Shown here: positions 28,915 to 37,297 of the stretch, one piece after another
How the letters are laid out: each line of letters opens with the position of its first letter
Position numbering within the stretch: the stretch's first letter is position 1
Assembly (NCBI GenBank): GCA_964585475.1
Contig: CAZPDF010000001.1
Span: 81,337-145,336, forward strand
From: an uncultured Candidatus Saccharibacteria bacterium
GTDB taxonomy: Bacteria > Patescibacteriota > Minisyncoccia > Sungbacterales > HO2-52-23
Direction of reading: 5' to 3'
Length of the DNA: 64,000 bases
Notes under the pieces: model-generated
Databases searched by the model: none
What the model saw: the letters and a program-made list of their open reading frames with translations, nothing else
What the model was told of the DNA's origin: nothing
Made by a program: the position numbers and the translations under genes

Positions 28915-29646
28915 ATGCTTCGTAAAATTATAACCTTTTTTCTTATACGTCCGTTTCATTTCTTCTTATCCCGGCCGTGGGTGAGATATTCGTTGGTTGG
29001 CGCCCTATATCATAACTCTTTGAGTCCGCGAGACAAGATGCTTTATATTGCCATGCACTACGCTTGGGCATCTAAATTGACGGGAGATTATTTTGAGTTT
29101 GGAGTGTATAAAGGTTCAAACATGATAGCGGCTTTCCACATTTCTAAACGCTACTTGCCAAACCTTAATTTTTACGCTTTTGATTCGTTTGAGGGCTTGC
29201 CGGAGCCGAAGGAAGATAAAGATGGGTTTCGTCCCTTTGAGAAAGGGCAATTTTCCTGCAGCAAGGAGCATTTTCTTGCTAACTTAAAGAGAAAGGAAGT
29301 GGACATGTCGCGCGTGCATACGATCGCCGGGTGGTACAAAGATACCCTGAATGAACAAACTCGCGCTTCGCTTCCTGCAAAGTCGGCCGCGATTGTATAT
29401 ATAGACTGCGATTTATACGAATCGGCGCTAAGTGTCCTTGATTTTATTGTTCCTTACCTTGAGGACGGTTCGCTCATTCTTTTTGACGAGTGGTTCGCGT
29501 ATCGTGGTGATCCTGCTAAAGGGGAGCAGAAAGCGTTTCGCGAATGGCTAGGGGGGGGGCGCAACCCGCAGATTTCGGCAACCGAATACCAAAAATTCGG
29601 CTGGAGCGGAAATTCGTTTATTATTCACGTTAGGAATAAGTCATGA
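28915..29646 (+). CDS. TylF/MycF-family SAM-dependent sugar O-methyltransferase
   Basis: 'EFGVYKGSN'. 'DSFEGLPEP'. 'IDCDLYESALSVLDFIVPYLEDGSLILFDEW'. Confidence 0.6.
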   Translation: MLRKIITFFLIRPFHFFLSRPWVRYSLVGALYHNSLSPRDKMLYIAMHYAWASKLTGDYFEFGVYKGSNMIAAFHISKRYLPNLNFYAFDSFEGLPEPKEDKDGFRPFEKGQFSCSKEHFLANLKRKEVDMSRVHTIAGWYKDTLNEQTRASLPAKSAAIVYIDCDLYESALSVLDFIVPYLEDGSLILFDEWFAYRGDPAKGEQKAFREWLGGGRNPQISATEYQKFGWSGNSFIIHVRNKS

Positions 29647-29647
29647 T

Positions 29648-30433
29648 ATGACTTTAGACTTTTATAGAAAAATTAGACATGTTCCAGCCGGTATTCTTGC
29701 AAAATTCTTTGAAAGACAGGCGGAAATGACGCTCCGAAAAAATCGTCCTTTGTGGGGTTTACTGCAGGATTATCTTAAAAATTCGCCCTCAACCGGATGC
29801 GCCTATTCTGATTATCTTCTTCTCTATAATTACATCAGAAACAGAAAGCCCAAGGAAGTTCTTGAGTGCGGTACGGGGGTTTCCACAGTTGTTATTGCGT
29901 ATGCGCTGAAAGAGAACGAACGGGATTATGGGATTAAGGGCAGGGTTACTTCAATGGAAGAATCGCCTAATTATTACAATGTAGCGCTAAAGCTGTTTCC
30001 AGAGAGAGAGAGCCTTAAAAGCTATGCAGAGATAGTATTGAGTCCGGTGATGGAAGATACTTATCATTTCTTTCGCGGCATACGTTATAAAGATGTTCCT
30101 TTGCGGCCATATGATTTTGTATTTGTGGATGGCCCTGATTATTTGTGCGATCCAAAAGGCGAGATAATTTTATTCAATTTTGATTTTGTGGATATAGTTA
30201 GAAAATCAGAAAAACCCGTAGGGGCCCTGATAGATACCAGAACCACCACCTGTTTTGTGTACTCACTGCTTTTTGGAGATGAGTTTAGATATGACTATGT
30301 GCGAAAAGTGGGAATCGTGGAGCCGGTTACGAAAAACGATCTCGCGCCGGTCCAAAAAATTGTCGCAAGGTCAATGAGGGCGCATTCATTCAAAAGGCCG
30401 CCTTTCCTGAATTTCATACGAGGAACTTATTGA
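29648..30433 (+). CDS. Class I SAM methyltransferase (Methyltransf_24/CmcI-like)
   Basis: 'VLECGTGVSTVVIAYAL'. 'DFVFVDGPD'. Confidence 0.45.
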   Translation: MTLDFYRKIRHVPAGILAKFFERQAEMTLRKNRPLWGLLQDYLKNSPSTGCAYSDYLLLYNYIRNRKPKEVLECGTGVSTVVIAYALKENERDYGIKGRVTSMEESPNYYNVALKLFPERESLKSYAEIVLSPVMEDTYHFFRGIRYKDVPLRPYDFVFVDGPDYLCDPKGEIILFNFDFVDIVRKSEKPVGALIDTRTTTCFVYSLLFGDEFRYDYVRKVGIVEPVTKNDLAPVQKIVARSMRAHSFKRPPFLNFIRGTY

Positions 30434-31905
30434 ATACAGGTATGAAAACAATTTTTATTACTATTGATGATCCGGCGGCACTAAAGAACATTTTCGGCAC
30501 CAAAGCATGGCCCGAGGTTTTGCGATCTTCCGCGGATGCCAAACTCGTGCTTTTGACGAGGCCTAGCAAAAAGGAAGCACACGAGAAGTTCTTTGTTGCG
30601 CCGAACATCGTGGTTGAAGCGCTTGATCCTGCGTTTGATTCTCTTATGTCGGGCGTAATTGCGTCTCTGGCCCGCAGCGGGATTAGAACCCATACCAATC
30701 TTTGGTCTAAAATGCGCTCTTACGAACGGGGTGATTCTGGGTTTTTGGTGACAATGTTCAAGCGGGCATATACTTTTCTTTTGGGCGGATCGTCTCTCAA
30801 TAAGAGGTTTTTGCGTCGTATCTTTCTGGGGCTTGCGCCGGCCAAAGCGACGGCCGCACTCTTTGAAAAATATCAGCCCTCGCTTCTTTTTGCGACCTCG
30901 CTCACCAACATTGATTTTGACGTGCCTATCGCGGTTGAGGCGAAAAGGCGCGGCATACGGATCGTCGGCATGGTGCGAAGCTGGGATAATTTTTCGAGCC
31001 ACGGGCTCACTCGTGTAATCCCGGATCGGTTGATCTTGCAAAATAAGTTTTTAAAAGATATGGCCGAGCGGCACCAGGCTATCACCGAAAAAGACGTGCC
31101 GATCGATATCGTTGGTTTGCCGCACTATGACATGTATGTCGGTTTTGAAAAAATGCTTGAAAGCAGAGAATCATTTTTCCAAAGGATGGGGCTCGACCCT
31201 TCAAAAAAACTGATTCTTTACGGGGCAATGGGGGATTTTCTTTTTCCGAATGAGGGGGGAATGGCCGACGTGCTTGAGGAACTGATTGACCCCGTTAGAA
31301 GTCAGACGCCAAAGGCATCTGCTTATTCCCAAGGGAATCAGACTTCTAACGGGGTTGAATCGCGGGCTATTCAAGAGCCAGCCCAAGTTCTTTTCCGCGC
31401 CCACCCAAAATTCAATAGTCCCCTTGAAAGGATGAAAGGAATGAAACATGTTAAGCCGGACAAAGACGTGTCCAATAGTACGGGCGATTTCATGAAGCAT
31501 CTTATAAATTCCATTTACCATAGTGATATTGTTGTTGCTGGCGCATCTACGATCGTGATTGATTCTATAATGTTGGCAAAACCCGTGATTTGCGTTGGTT
31601 TCGATGGCCTTGAAAAAAAGGTTCCCTATTGGACTTCGGTAAAGCGTTTTTATGACTGCTACACGCATTTTGAAGCGTTAATGGAAACAGGCAATATACC
31701 GCTTGCGAATACCAAAGCAGAATTGGCGCGTTTAATAGATGAGGCCCTCCGGCAGAAATCCTACGACCAAGAGCCGCGCCAAAAAGTGATTGATCTTTTC
31801 GTGGCGCCATTTGATGGACATTCAAGCGAGCGGCTCGCCCAAATCTTAGTCAAAGAATTTACTAGTATACGAGATGGACAGCGGATTCAACCAAAAATTC
31901 ATTGA
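30430..31905 (+). CDS. GT-B-fold polysaccharide biosynthesis protein (CDP-glycerol glycerophosphotransferase TagB/F-like or capsule-synthesis KpsS-like) with an in-frame family-B repeat
   Basis: Two Rossmann-like halves. 'FRAHPKF...IVVAGASTIVIDSIMLAKPVICV'. The family assignment is uncertain. Confidence 0.35.
   Translation: MNTGMKTIFITIDDPAALKNIFGTKAWPEVLRSSADAKLVLLTRPSKKEAHEKFFVAPNIVVEALDPAFDSLMSGVIASLARSGIRTHTNLWSKMRSYERGDSGFLVTMFKRAYTFLLGGSSLNKRFLRRIFLGLAPAKATAALFEKYQPSLLFATSLTNIDFDVPIAVEAKRRGIRIVGMVRSWDNFSSHGLTRVIPDRLILQNKFLKDMAERHQAITEKDVPIDIVGLPHYDMYVGFEKMLESRESFFQRMGLDPSKKLILYGAMGDFLFPNEGGMADVLEELIDPVRSQTPKASAYSQGNQTSNGVESRAIQEPAQVLFRAHPKFNSPLERMKGMKHVKPDKDVSNSTGDFMKHLINSIYHSDIVVAGASTIVIDSIMLAKPVICVGFDGLEKKVPYWTSVKRFYDCYTHFEALMETGNIPLANTKAELARLIDEALRQKSYDQEPRQKVIDLFVAPFDGHSSERLAQILVKEFTSIRDGQRIQPKIH
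31290..31354. repeat. Family-B palindromic element in frame in the TagF-like gene
   Basis: CCCCGTTAGAAGTCAG...GACTTCTAACGGGG. Encodes DPVRSQTPKASAYSQGNQTSNGVE. Confidence 0.7.
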
Positions 31906-33238
31906 AGGCGGCGTATGGCTTACGTTAAGCTCTTTTTTGATACGAGCAGTCGGCTTCTTTTCCGTATTCATTGTGTTGTCCAATACCGAGGTAAAAGATT
32001 ACGGACTCTACAAGCTTGTTCTTGCCGCTTTTGCTTTTCTTACCGGATTTTTTTTCAGCGGATTTGATAATCTTGTCATCAGTGATCTTGCGCGCGAGCG
32101 GGGTGAGGGAAGAATGGATCGGGTAAAGCGGCTGTTCCTCGAATACAGCGGAGTTAAGCTCCTGATCGGCGCGATCCTTTTTCTTGCGGCTTTTTTTGGA
32201 GCTCCACTGCTCGGACGCTTCGTGGATCCGGAGGTCATGCAATTTCTGCCCCTTGTATCAATTCTTTTTATTTTTTATGCCCTGGAGCGGCCGCTCAATT
32301 ATCTCTTTAATACGTATCTTAAATTCAAATACCTTGCGTTATACACTCTTGTCGAAGAGATAGGAAAGTTAGGTCTTATTCTCATATTCGTATTTTTTTT
32401 GGAGATGGGGGCCAAGGGGATTATCATTGCCGACGTATTTTCATCCGGCATTGCTTTTGTGGCGCTTCTTCCGGTGGGCGTGATCTTATTAAAAGACCTC
32501 CTGCGTTATGAAATAAGCGTCGAGAAAATGCTTTTGCCCATTATCCGGCTTCACGGAAAATGGGGAATTGCCACGCGTTATCTCGACGAAATTAAAAAAT
32601 CTATCCGGCCGTGGCTGATTAAATATTTTGTCGGAATAGAGGCCGTCGGCTTATATTCCATGGCCGAGGGCATCTATGGCCAGATAACGAATCTTTTCCC
32701 GCTGTCCAATATTCTCCTGCCCCTTCTCCCGGGCGAGATTGGTAATCATAAGAAAATTCGCGAAATACTGGTATTGGGGCTTAAATTCGGCACCCCGTTT
32801 TTTATTCTGCTGGGGGCGTCCGCGAGCGTAGCCGTAACTATACTCGTGCATCTCTTGTTTCCGAATTATATCCCGGCTTTGACCATTTTTTATATCATGC
32901 TGGGACACCTTCTCATAGCCGCGTTTGCCAATGTTCTTACCGCAATTCTTTATGCGGAGCGGCAACAGCGCGCGCAATTTGCAATAACTGCGGTTACGAT
33001 CGCTTTTATGGCAGCTACCGGAGCGTTGATGCTTTATTCTTTCGGGATTATAGGAATTGCCTTTGAATTCCTTCTGACCGCCTTTTTCTATACAGCTCTT
33101 CGAGCACGGTTTATTTTCCGCATGCGCCCGGAATTCCGCTTCTCATTGGTTGAAACTATTTTTTGGAGAAAGGCGGACCTTGATATTATCCGTCGGAGTG
33201 TTAAAATTGCTTTATACAATTTTACTAAAATCATATAG
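31874..33238 (+). CDS. Wzx-type oligosaccharide flippase (MOP superfamily)
   Basis: About 12 predicted TM helices. 'GVWLTLSSFLIRAVGFFSVFIVLS' N-terminal motif. Confidence 0.65.
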   Translation: MDSGFNQKFIEGGVWLTLSSFLIRAVGFFSVFIVLSNTEVKDYGLYKLVLAAFAFLTGFFFSGFDNLVISDLARERGEGRMDRVKRLFLEYSGVKLLIGAILFLAAFFGAPLLGRFVDPEVMQFLPLVSILFIFYALERPLNYLFNTYLKFKYLALYTLVEEIGKLGLILIFVFFLEMGAKGIIIADVFSSGIAFVALLPVGVILLKDLLRYEISVEKMLLPIIRLHGKWGIATRYLDEIKKSIRPWLIKYFVGIEAVGLYSMAEGIYGQITNLFPLSNILLPLLPGEIGNHKKIREILVLGLKFGTPFFILLGASASVAVTILVHLLFPNYIPALTIFYIMLGHLLIAAFANVLTAILYAERQQRAQFAITAVTIAFMAATGALMLYSFGIIGIAFEFLLTAFFYTALRARFIFRMRPEFRFSLVETIFWRKADLDIIRRSVKIALYNFTKII

Positions 33239-33241
33239 ATT

Positions 33242-33643
33242 ATGTATAAGGTAACAGTTGAGCAAGCGATTGTAGAAGCGTTTCGTTCCGTACCTACCGG
33301 GAATAAAAAATCGGTGATTCTTTCCGGGTCCAAGGAGGGTCCATATTCGGTCATGGCCGTAGTGGTGGACAATGTTTTATCAAAGGCAGAAGTGCATGAT
33401 GAATCCGCGGATATATGGCACGTGGTAAACGGAGAGGCGATTTTTATGATCGGGGGAGAAGTGGAAAATCCAACTCTTCATAAATCCAAAGAATGGGTGG
33501 CCGATTCAATTCGCGGCGGAATTGAATACCCGGTTAAGCCCGGCGATGTGATTGATATTCCTCCTGGCACTCCGCACCAGATTGATGCGCGCGGCAGAAG
33601 GGCAGAATTTATAATTGTTAAAGTCGATAATATTAAGTCATAG
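33242..33643 (+). CDS. Cupin-domain protein
   Basis: 'WHVVNGEAIFMIGGE...VKPGDVIDIPPGTPHQIDARG'. Confidence 0.5.
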   Translation: MYKVTVEQAIVEAFRSVPTGNKKSVILSGSKEGPYSVMAVVVDNVLSKAEVHDESADIWHVVNGEAIFMIGGEVENPTLHKSKEWVADSIRGGIEYPVKPGDVIDIPPGTPHQIDARGRRAEFIIVKVDNIKS

Positions 33644-33645
33644 TC

Positions 33646-34368
33646 ATGATTCAAAACTATAACGTATTCGCATTGATTCTTGCACGGGGTGGATCAAAGC
33701 GCGTACCGCGTAAAAACATAAAAGAGCTTGCGGGTAAGCCCTTGATTGCATATTCTATCGAGCAGGCCAAGGCCTCGCGTTACCCTGATCGTTTCATAGT
33801 ATCAACCGACGATGAGGAGATTGCGAAAGTGGCGCGAGAGTATGGCGCGGAAGTCCCTTTTATGCGGCCGGCAGAACTGGCCGGAGATGCGGTGACGGAT
33901 TTTCCGGTATTTGTGCATGCGCTTGAATGGCTCCGTGATAATGAAGGGTACCGGCCGGATATTGTCGTGCAGCTCCGGCCAACTCATCCCTTGCGAAAGC
34001 CTGAAGACATTGATCGCGCCATTGAACTTCTGGCTTCACATCCCGAAGCGGATTCGGTGCGTACCGTGAAAGAACCGGACCAGACGCCATATAAAATGTA
34101 TAAAATTGATAAACAAGGATTTCTTGAGCCGTTACTTCCAATTAAGGGCATACCGGAATCGTTTAACCTTCCGCGCCAGAAACTTCCTAAAGCGTACGAG
34201 CATGTCGGGGTAGCGGATGTTATGTGGTACAAGACCCTAATGGAGAAAAATCAGATGACCGGATCAAAAATAATCCCACTTGTGCTTGAGAATTATCCCT
34301 ATAGCGGAATCAATACTCTTGAAGATTGGGAACGTTATGAATATTGGCTAGGGAAGCACGCGATATGA
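33646..34368 (+). CDS. CMP-nonulosonic acid cytidylyltransferase (NeuA/PseF/KdsB-like)
   Basis: 'ALILARGGSKRVPRKNIKELAGKPLIAYSI...FIVSTDDEEIA'. Confidence 0.7.
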   Translation: MIQNYNVFALILARGGSKRVPRKNIKELAGKPLIAYSIEQAKASRYPDRFIVSTDDEEIAKVAREYGAEVPFMRPAELAGDAVTDFPVFVHALEWLRDNEGYRPDIVVQLRPTHPLRKPEDIDRAIELLASHPEADSVRTVKEPDQTPYKMYKIDKQGFLEPLLPIKGIPESFNLPRQKLPKAYEHVGVADVMWYKTLMEKNQMTGSKIIPLVLENYPYSGINTLEDWERYEYWLGKHAI

Positions 34369-34979
34369 TAATTTATCTTGTTCGTCACGCCGAATACGTG
34401 CCGGTCCAGGGAGGAAGTCATTTGGATAATGAAAAAGCTCCGCTGTCTTCTTTGGGGAAGAAACAGGCGTTTGCGCTCGGACGGAAGCTTAAGCGGTACA
34501 AAATCGACAAAATTTATTCAAGCGTTCTTGCCCGCGCCAAGGAAACGGCATCTTTTATCGTATCTTCCACCGGCGTGCCGGTTGTTTATGATGAGCGCCT
34601 GAATGAGCAGATAATCTCCCTTCATTCAACCGATCGGTCCGCCATAAAAAAAATGAAGCGAAGGGTGAGGGAGGATCATGCGTTCGCTCCACCCGATGGG
34701 GAATCATTAAATCAGGCGGCAGATCGATTTATCCGTGTTCTTCACGAAGTTGTTCGATCGGGCTTATCGCAGGTGGTTTTTGTGTCTCACTGCAATGTAA
34801 TTCAAAGCGCTCTTATCACGCTTTTTTCGCTAAATGAGATTCCAAAGATTGATGAGGCCTCCGTCACCGCGTTTTCTTACGAGAGCGGGAAATTTTCTAC
34901 TCTCTTCGTCAATAAAAAGACATTTTCCTTACCCGTTATTTTTAGGAAAATAAGGCGGAAATTAGGGCTTCGGGAGTAA
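34365..34979 (+). CDS. Histidine-phosphatase (phosphoglycerate-mutase-like) family protein
   Basis: 'MIIYLVRHAEY' RHA motif. 'VSHCNVI'. ATGA overlap with the upstream gene. Confidence 0.5.
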   Translation: MIIYLVRHAEYVPVQGGSHLDNEKAPLSSLGKKQAFALGRKLKRYKIDKIYSSVLARAKETASFIVSSTGVPVVYDERLNEQIISLHSTDRSAIKKMKRRVREDHAFAPPDGESLNQAADRFIRVLHEVVRSGLSQVVFVSHCNVIQSALITLFSLNEIPKIDEASVTAFSYESGKFSTLFVNKKTFSLPVIFRKIRRKLGLRE

Positions 34980-35017
34980 AACTTTTTTCTCTTCAAACCA
35001 GTTTTAAATAGTGTAAC

Positions 35018-36109
35018 ATGCATATAAAAGAAAAGCTTAAAAGGATTCTTAACGGCTTGCCCTCAAGAGTTAAGATCGGAAAGCGCTTTGTCGGGCCGCA
35101 CGAGCCCATATTTGTGATTGCGGAAGTTGGCATAAACCATAATGGCGATGTTGCCACCGCAAAAAAACTTATTGACGCGGCTAAAGAAGCTGGCGCCGAT
35201 GCGGTTAAGTTCCAGAAGCGGACCACCGAGGAAATTCTTACTAAAGAGGGTCTGGAAAAACCGTATACTTCTCCGCATGCGTTTGCTCCGACTTACGGAG
35301 AGCATAGAAAGAAGCTGGAATTTTCGGAAGATCAGTATCAGGAACTGACAGCTTACGCAGAGTCGCGTAGCATCCAGTTTTTTGCAAGCGTGTGGGACCA
35401 GAAAAGCGCGGATTTTATGGGTGCGCTCAATGTGGATGCATATAAAATTCCGTCCGCGGATGTAATCAATACGCCGCTGCTTGAGTACGTCGCAAAAAAG
35501 CAAAGGCCGGTTCTTCTTTCGACCGGCATGTCCACTTTTGATGAGATTGAGGAAGCGGTGGACGCGGTCCTAAAACATAACGAGCGCCTGATTATTTTCC
35601 ATTGCCTTTCGCTTTATCCTTCGCCGGAGGATAAAATAAATCTTGATTTCATGGACGTGCTTCGCGAAAGATTTAAACCTCTGCCCGTGGGTTACTCTGG
35701 GCATGAGACGGATCTTTTACCCACGATTGCCGCTGTCTCTCGCGGCGCATGTATTGTCGAGAGGCATCTTACTCTTGATAAAAAAATGAAGGGATCGGAC
35801 CATGCGGCATCCCTTGAGCCGCAGGAGCTGAAGGAACTTGTTACCTCTGTAAGGCGGATTGAGAAAATCCGGGGGATGCCGGAGAAGATAATGTATAGCG
35901 AACTGATTCCGCTTCGCGAGAAACTTGCTAAAAGCGTTGTGGCAAAAACCCTGATCCCGGCGGGGATGGTCATAACTTACGAGATGCTTGCTGTAAAAGG
36001 CCCCGGGAGCGGCATTAAGCCGAGTTTGATGCAAAATCTCGTCGGGCGAGCGGCAAAACGCGATATCGCCGCGGATACGCATCTTCCGCAGGATGCCCTC
36101 AATTGGTGA
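35018..36109 (+). CDS. neuB: N-acetylneuraminate (nonulosonic acid) synthase, NeuB/PseI/LegI family with SAF domain
   Basis: 'FVIAEVGINHNGDVATAKKLIDAAKEAGADAVKFQ'. C-terminal SAF 'AKTLIPAGMVITYEMLAVKGPGSGIKP'. Confidence 0.8.
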   Translation: MHIKEKLKRILNGLPSRVKIGKRFVGPHEPIFVIAEVGINHNGDVATAKKLIDAAKEAGADAVKFQKRTTEEILTKEGLEKPYTSPHAFAPTYGEHRKKLEFSEDQYQELTAYAESRSIQFFASVWDQKSADFMGALNVDAYKIPSADVINTPLLEYVAKKQRPVLLSTGMSTFDEIEEAVDAVLKHNERLIIFHCLSLYPSPEDKINLDFMDVLRERFKPLPVGYSGHETDLLPTIAAVSRGACIVERHLTLDKKMKGSDHAASLEPQELKELVTSVRRIEKIRGMPEKIMYSELIPLREKLAKSVVAKTLIPAGMVITYEMLAVKGPGSGIKPSLMQNLVGRAAKRDIAADTHLPQDALNW

Positions 36110-36120
36110 AGTCCCCCAAA

Positions 36121-36290
36121 GACGAAATTTAATAAAAGGGGGCGATGCCCCTTTTGTGATTCGTCTATTTTGACTTGTCCCATTAGAAACGGAGTTTCTA
36201 ATGGGATTGCCAGCGATGCCCCACGCTTTCTTCAAGACGTTTGGTGACGTGTGCGGCGGCTTGATCGCTACCGCCAAATTGTTTGATTTT
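36121..36290. repeat. Left copy of a roughly 100-bp direct duplication (terminator hairpin + 3' end of the radical-SAM gene) flanking the DUF5678/protease cassette
   Basis: Matches 37255..37420 at about 85% (AAAAGGGGC-ATCGCCCCTTTTGTGATTC...ATTGCCAGCG.TG.CCCACGCTTTCTTC.AGACGTTT..TGACGTGT). Carries the frame of pseudo-ORF 36198..36440(-), which ends '...HVTKRLEESVGHRWQSH' versus the intact '...HVRKRLEESTGHRWQSK'. Confidence 0.55.
36124..36145 (+). terminator. Rho-independent terminator hairpin after neuB
   Basis: GGGGGC-GAT-GCCCC followed by TTTT. Confidence 0.55.
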
Positions 36291-36311
36291 GTTTCTTAGT
36301 TCTGGTAATAT
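36283..36311 (+). promoter_or_regulatory. Sigma70-like promoter (TTGATT-17-TAATAT) for the DUF5678-like gene
   Basis: Located 7 nt upstream of the ATG at 36318. Confidence 0.4.
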
Positions 36312-36317
36312 CATAAT

Positions 36318-36515
36318 ATGGCGATTGATTGGACCAAAATTTACGAAAAATATAAGGGTCTCTGGGTTGCGCTTCTTGATGATGAAAAGACGGTCGTAGG
36401 AAGCGGCAGGACGGCCAAAGTAGCATGGGAAGAGGCCCAAAAAAAAGGGTACAAAAAGCCCATCCTTACTCGTATGCCAGAAAGGTTGGTCACGTACGTA
36501 GGTTTTGGATTATGA
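36318..36515 (+). CDS. Small DUF5678-like protein (65 aa)
   Basis: 'MAIDWTKIYEKYKGLWVALLDDEKTVVGSGRTAKVAWEEAQKKGYKKPILTRMPE' resembles DUF5678 family members from memory. ATGA overlap with the downstream protease gene. Confidence 0.4.
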   Translation: MAIDWTKIYEKYKGLWVALLDDEKTVVGSGRTAKVAWEEAQKKGYKKPILTRMPERLVTYVGFGL

Positions 36516-36907
36516 GATTTCAATACAAGAAATACGGCCCGGGCGTTTTACGTCCGGTGATACCTGTTGAAATATCATATAAAGGCCGCTCCGTTCCCTA
36601 CGAGGTGCTTGTAGATTCCGGAGCGGATTTTTGTATTTTTGATGCAGAGATAGGCGAGCTTCTTGGTATCAATATTGCAGACGGTGAACCGCAAACAGTT
36701 GGCGGGATCACCGGGGCCCTAGAAACTTATTATGTACACATGGTTACTTTGAAGGTCGGCGGATGGCCGCATCCTGTAAAAGTTGGTTTTCTTCCAAATA
36801 TTGCCCGTCTCGGTTATGGCGTAGTGGGACAAAGGGGCTTTTTTGATATTTTTGTCGTGAAGTTTGATCTGCTCAAAGAGGAGATTGAGCTTAAAGAGAG
36901 AAAGTAA
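36512..36907 (+). CDS. Retropepsin-like (clan AA) aspartyl protease
   Basis: Active-site motif 'VLVDSGADFCIF' (D-S/T-G-A). About 130 aa single-domain. 'GINIADG...GGITG' flap-like segment. Confidence 0.6.
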   Translation: MRFQYKKYGPGVLRPVIPVEISYKGRSVPYEVLVDSGADFCIFDAEIGELLGINIADGEPQTVGGITGALETYYVHMVTLKVGGWPHPVKVGFLPNIARLGYGVVGQRGFFDIFVVKFDLLKEEIELKERK

Positions 36908-36923
36908 GAATAACCTGAATACC

Positions 36924-37136
36924 ATGAGAGATAAAACAACTCTTCAGCTTGTTAAACAGTTTAAAATTGATATTCAGAAAGGATTTGGAAAAAGGGTTTG
37001 TAAAGAGCTTCACCTTGAATGTGCAAATTGTAAAGCACAGGTTTTGATAGGGCATCTAAACTGGTATATTGATCTTCTGGACTGGAGCATTACTCAAGAG
37101 AAAAAGAAGAGGCAGCCCCAAAAGAAGAGAAGTTAA
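36924..37136 (+). CDS. Hypothetical small basic protein (70 aa) in the cassette
   Basis: ORF with ATG at 36924. Lys-rich C-terminus. No recognised motif. Confidence 0.25.
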   Translation: MRDKTTLQLVKQFKIDIQKGFGKRVCKELHLECANCKAQVLIGHLNWYIDLLDWSITQEKKKRQPQKKRS

Positions 37137-37257
37137 ATAGGTCCCTCTACCAAGGTCTTTCATTATGGACATGGGATGGGCACCTGAAATCTCTTGCTTT
37201 CTTGGCTTTTTACTAACTGATACCCAGGAGACCAACTTCTCGGCTATTGGAGAATTT

Positions 37258-37282
37258 AAAAAAGGGGCATCGCCCCTTTTGT
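37258..37282. terminator. Bidirectional terminator hairpin (GGGGC-ATC-GCCCC flanked by A/T runs)
   Basis: AAAAAAGGGGCATCGCCCCTTTT sits between the cassette and the 3' end of the minus-strand radical-SAM gene. Confidence 0.55.
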
Positions 37283-37297
37283 GATTCTTAATGGAAT

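Noticed and set aside
36198-36440. The 80-aa minus-strand ORF as a real gene.
   Set aside because: Its C-terminus is a diverged duplicate of the radical-SAM gene end, part of the flanking direct repeat. The remainder overlaps the cassette promoter and the start of the DUF5678-like gene on the opposite strand.
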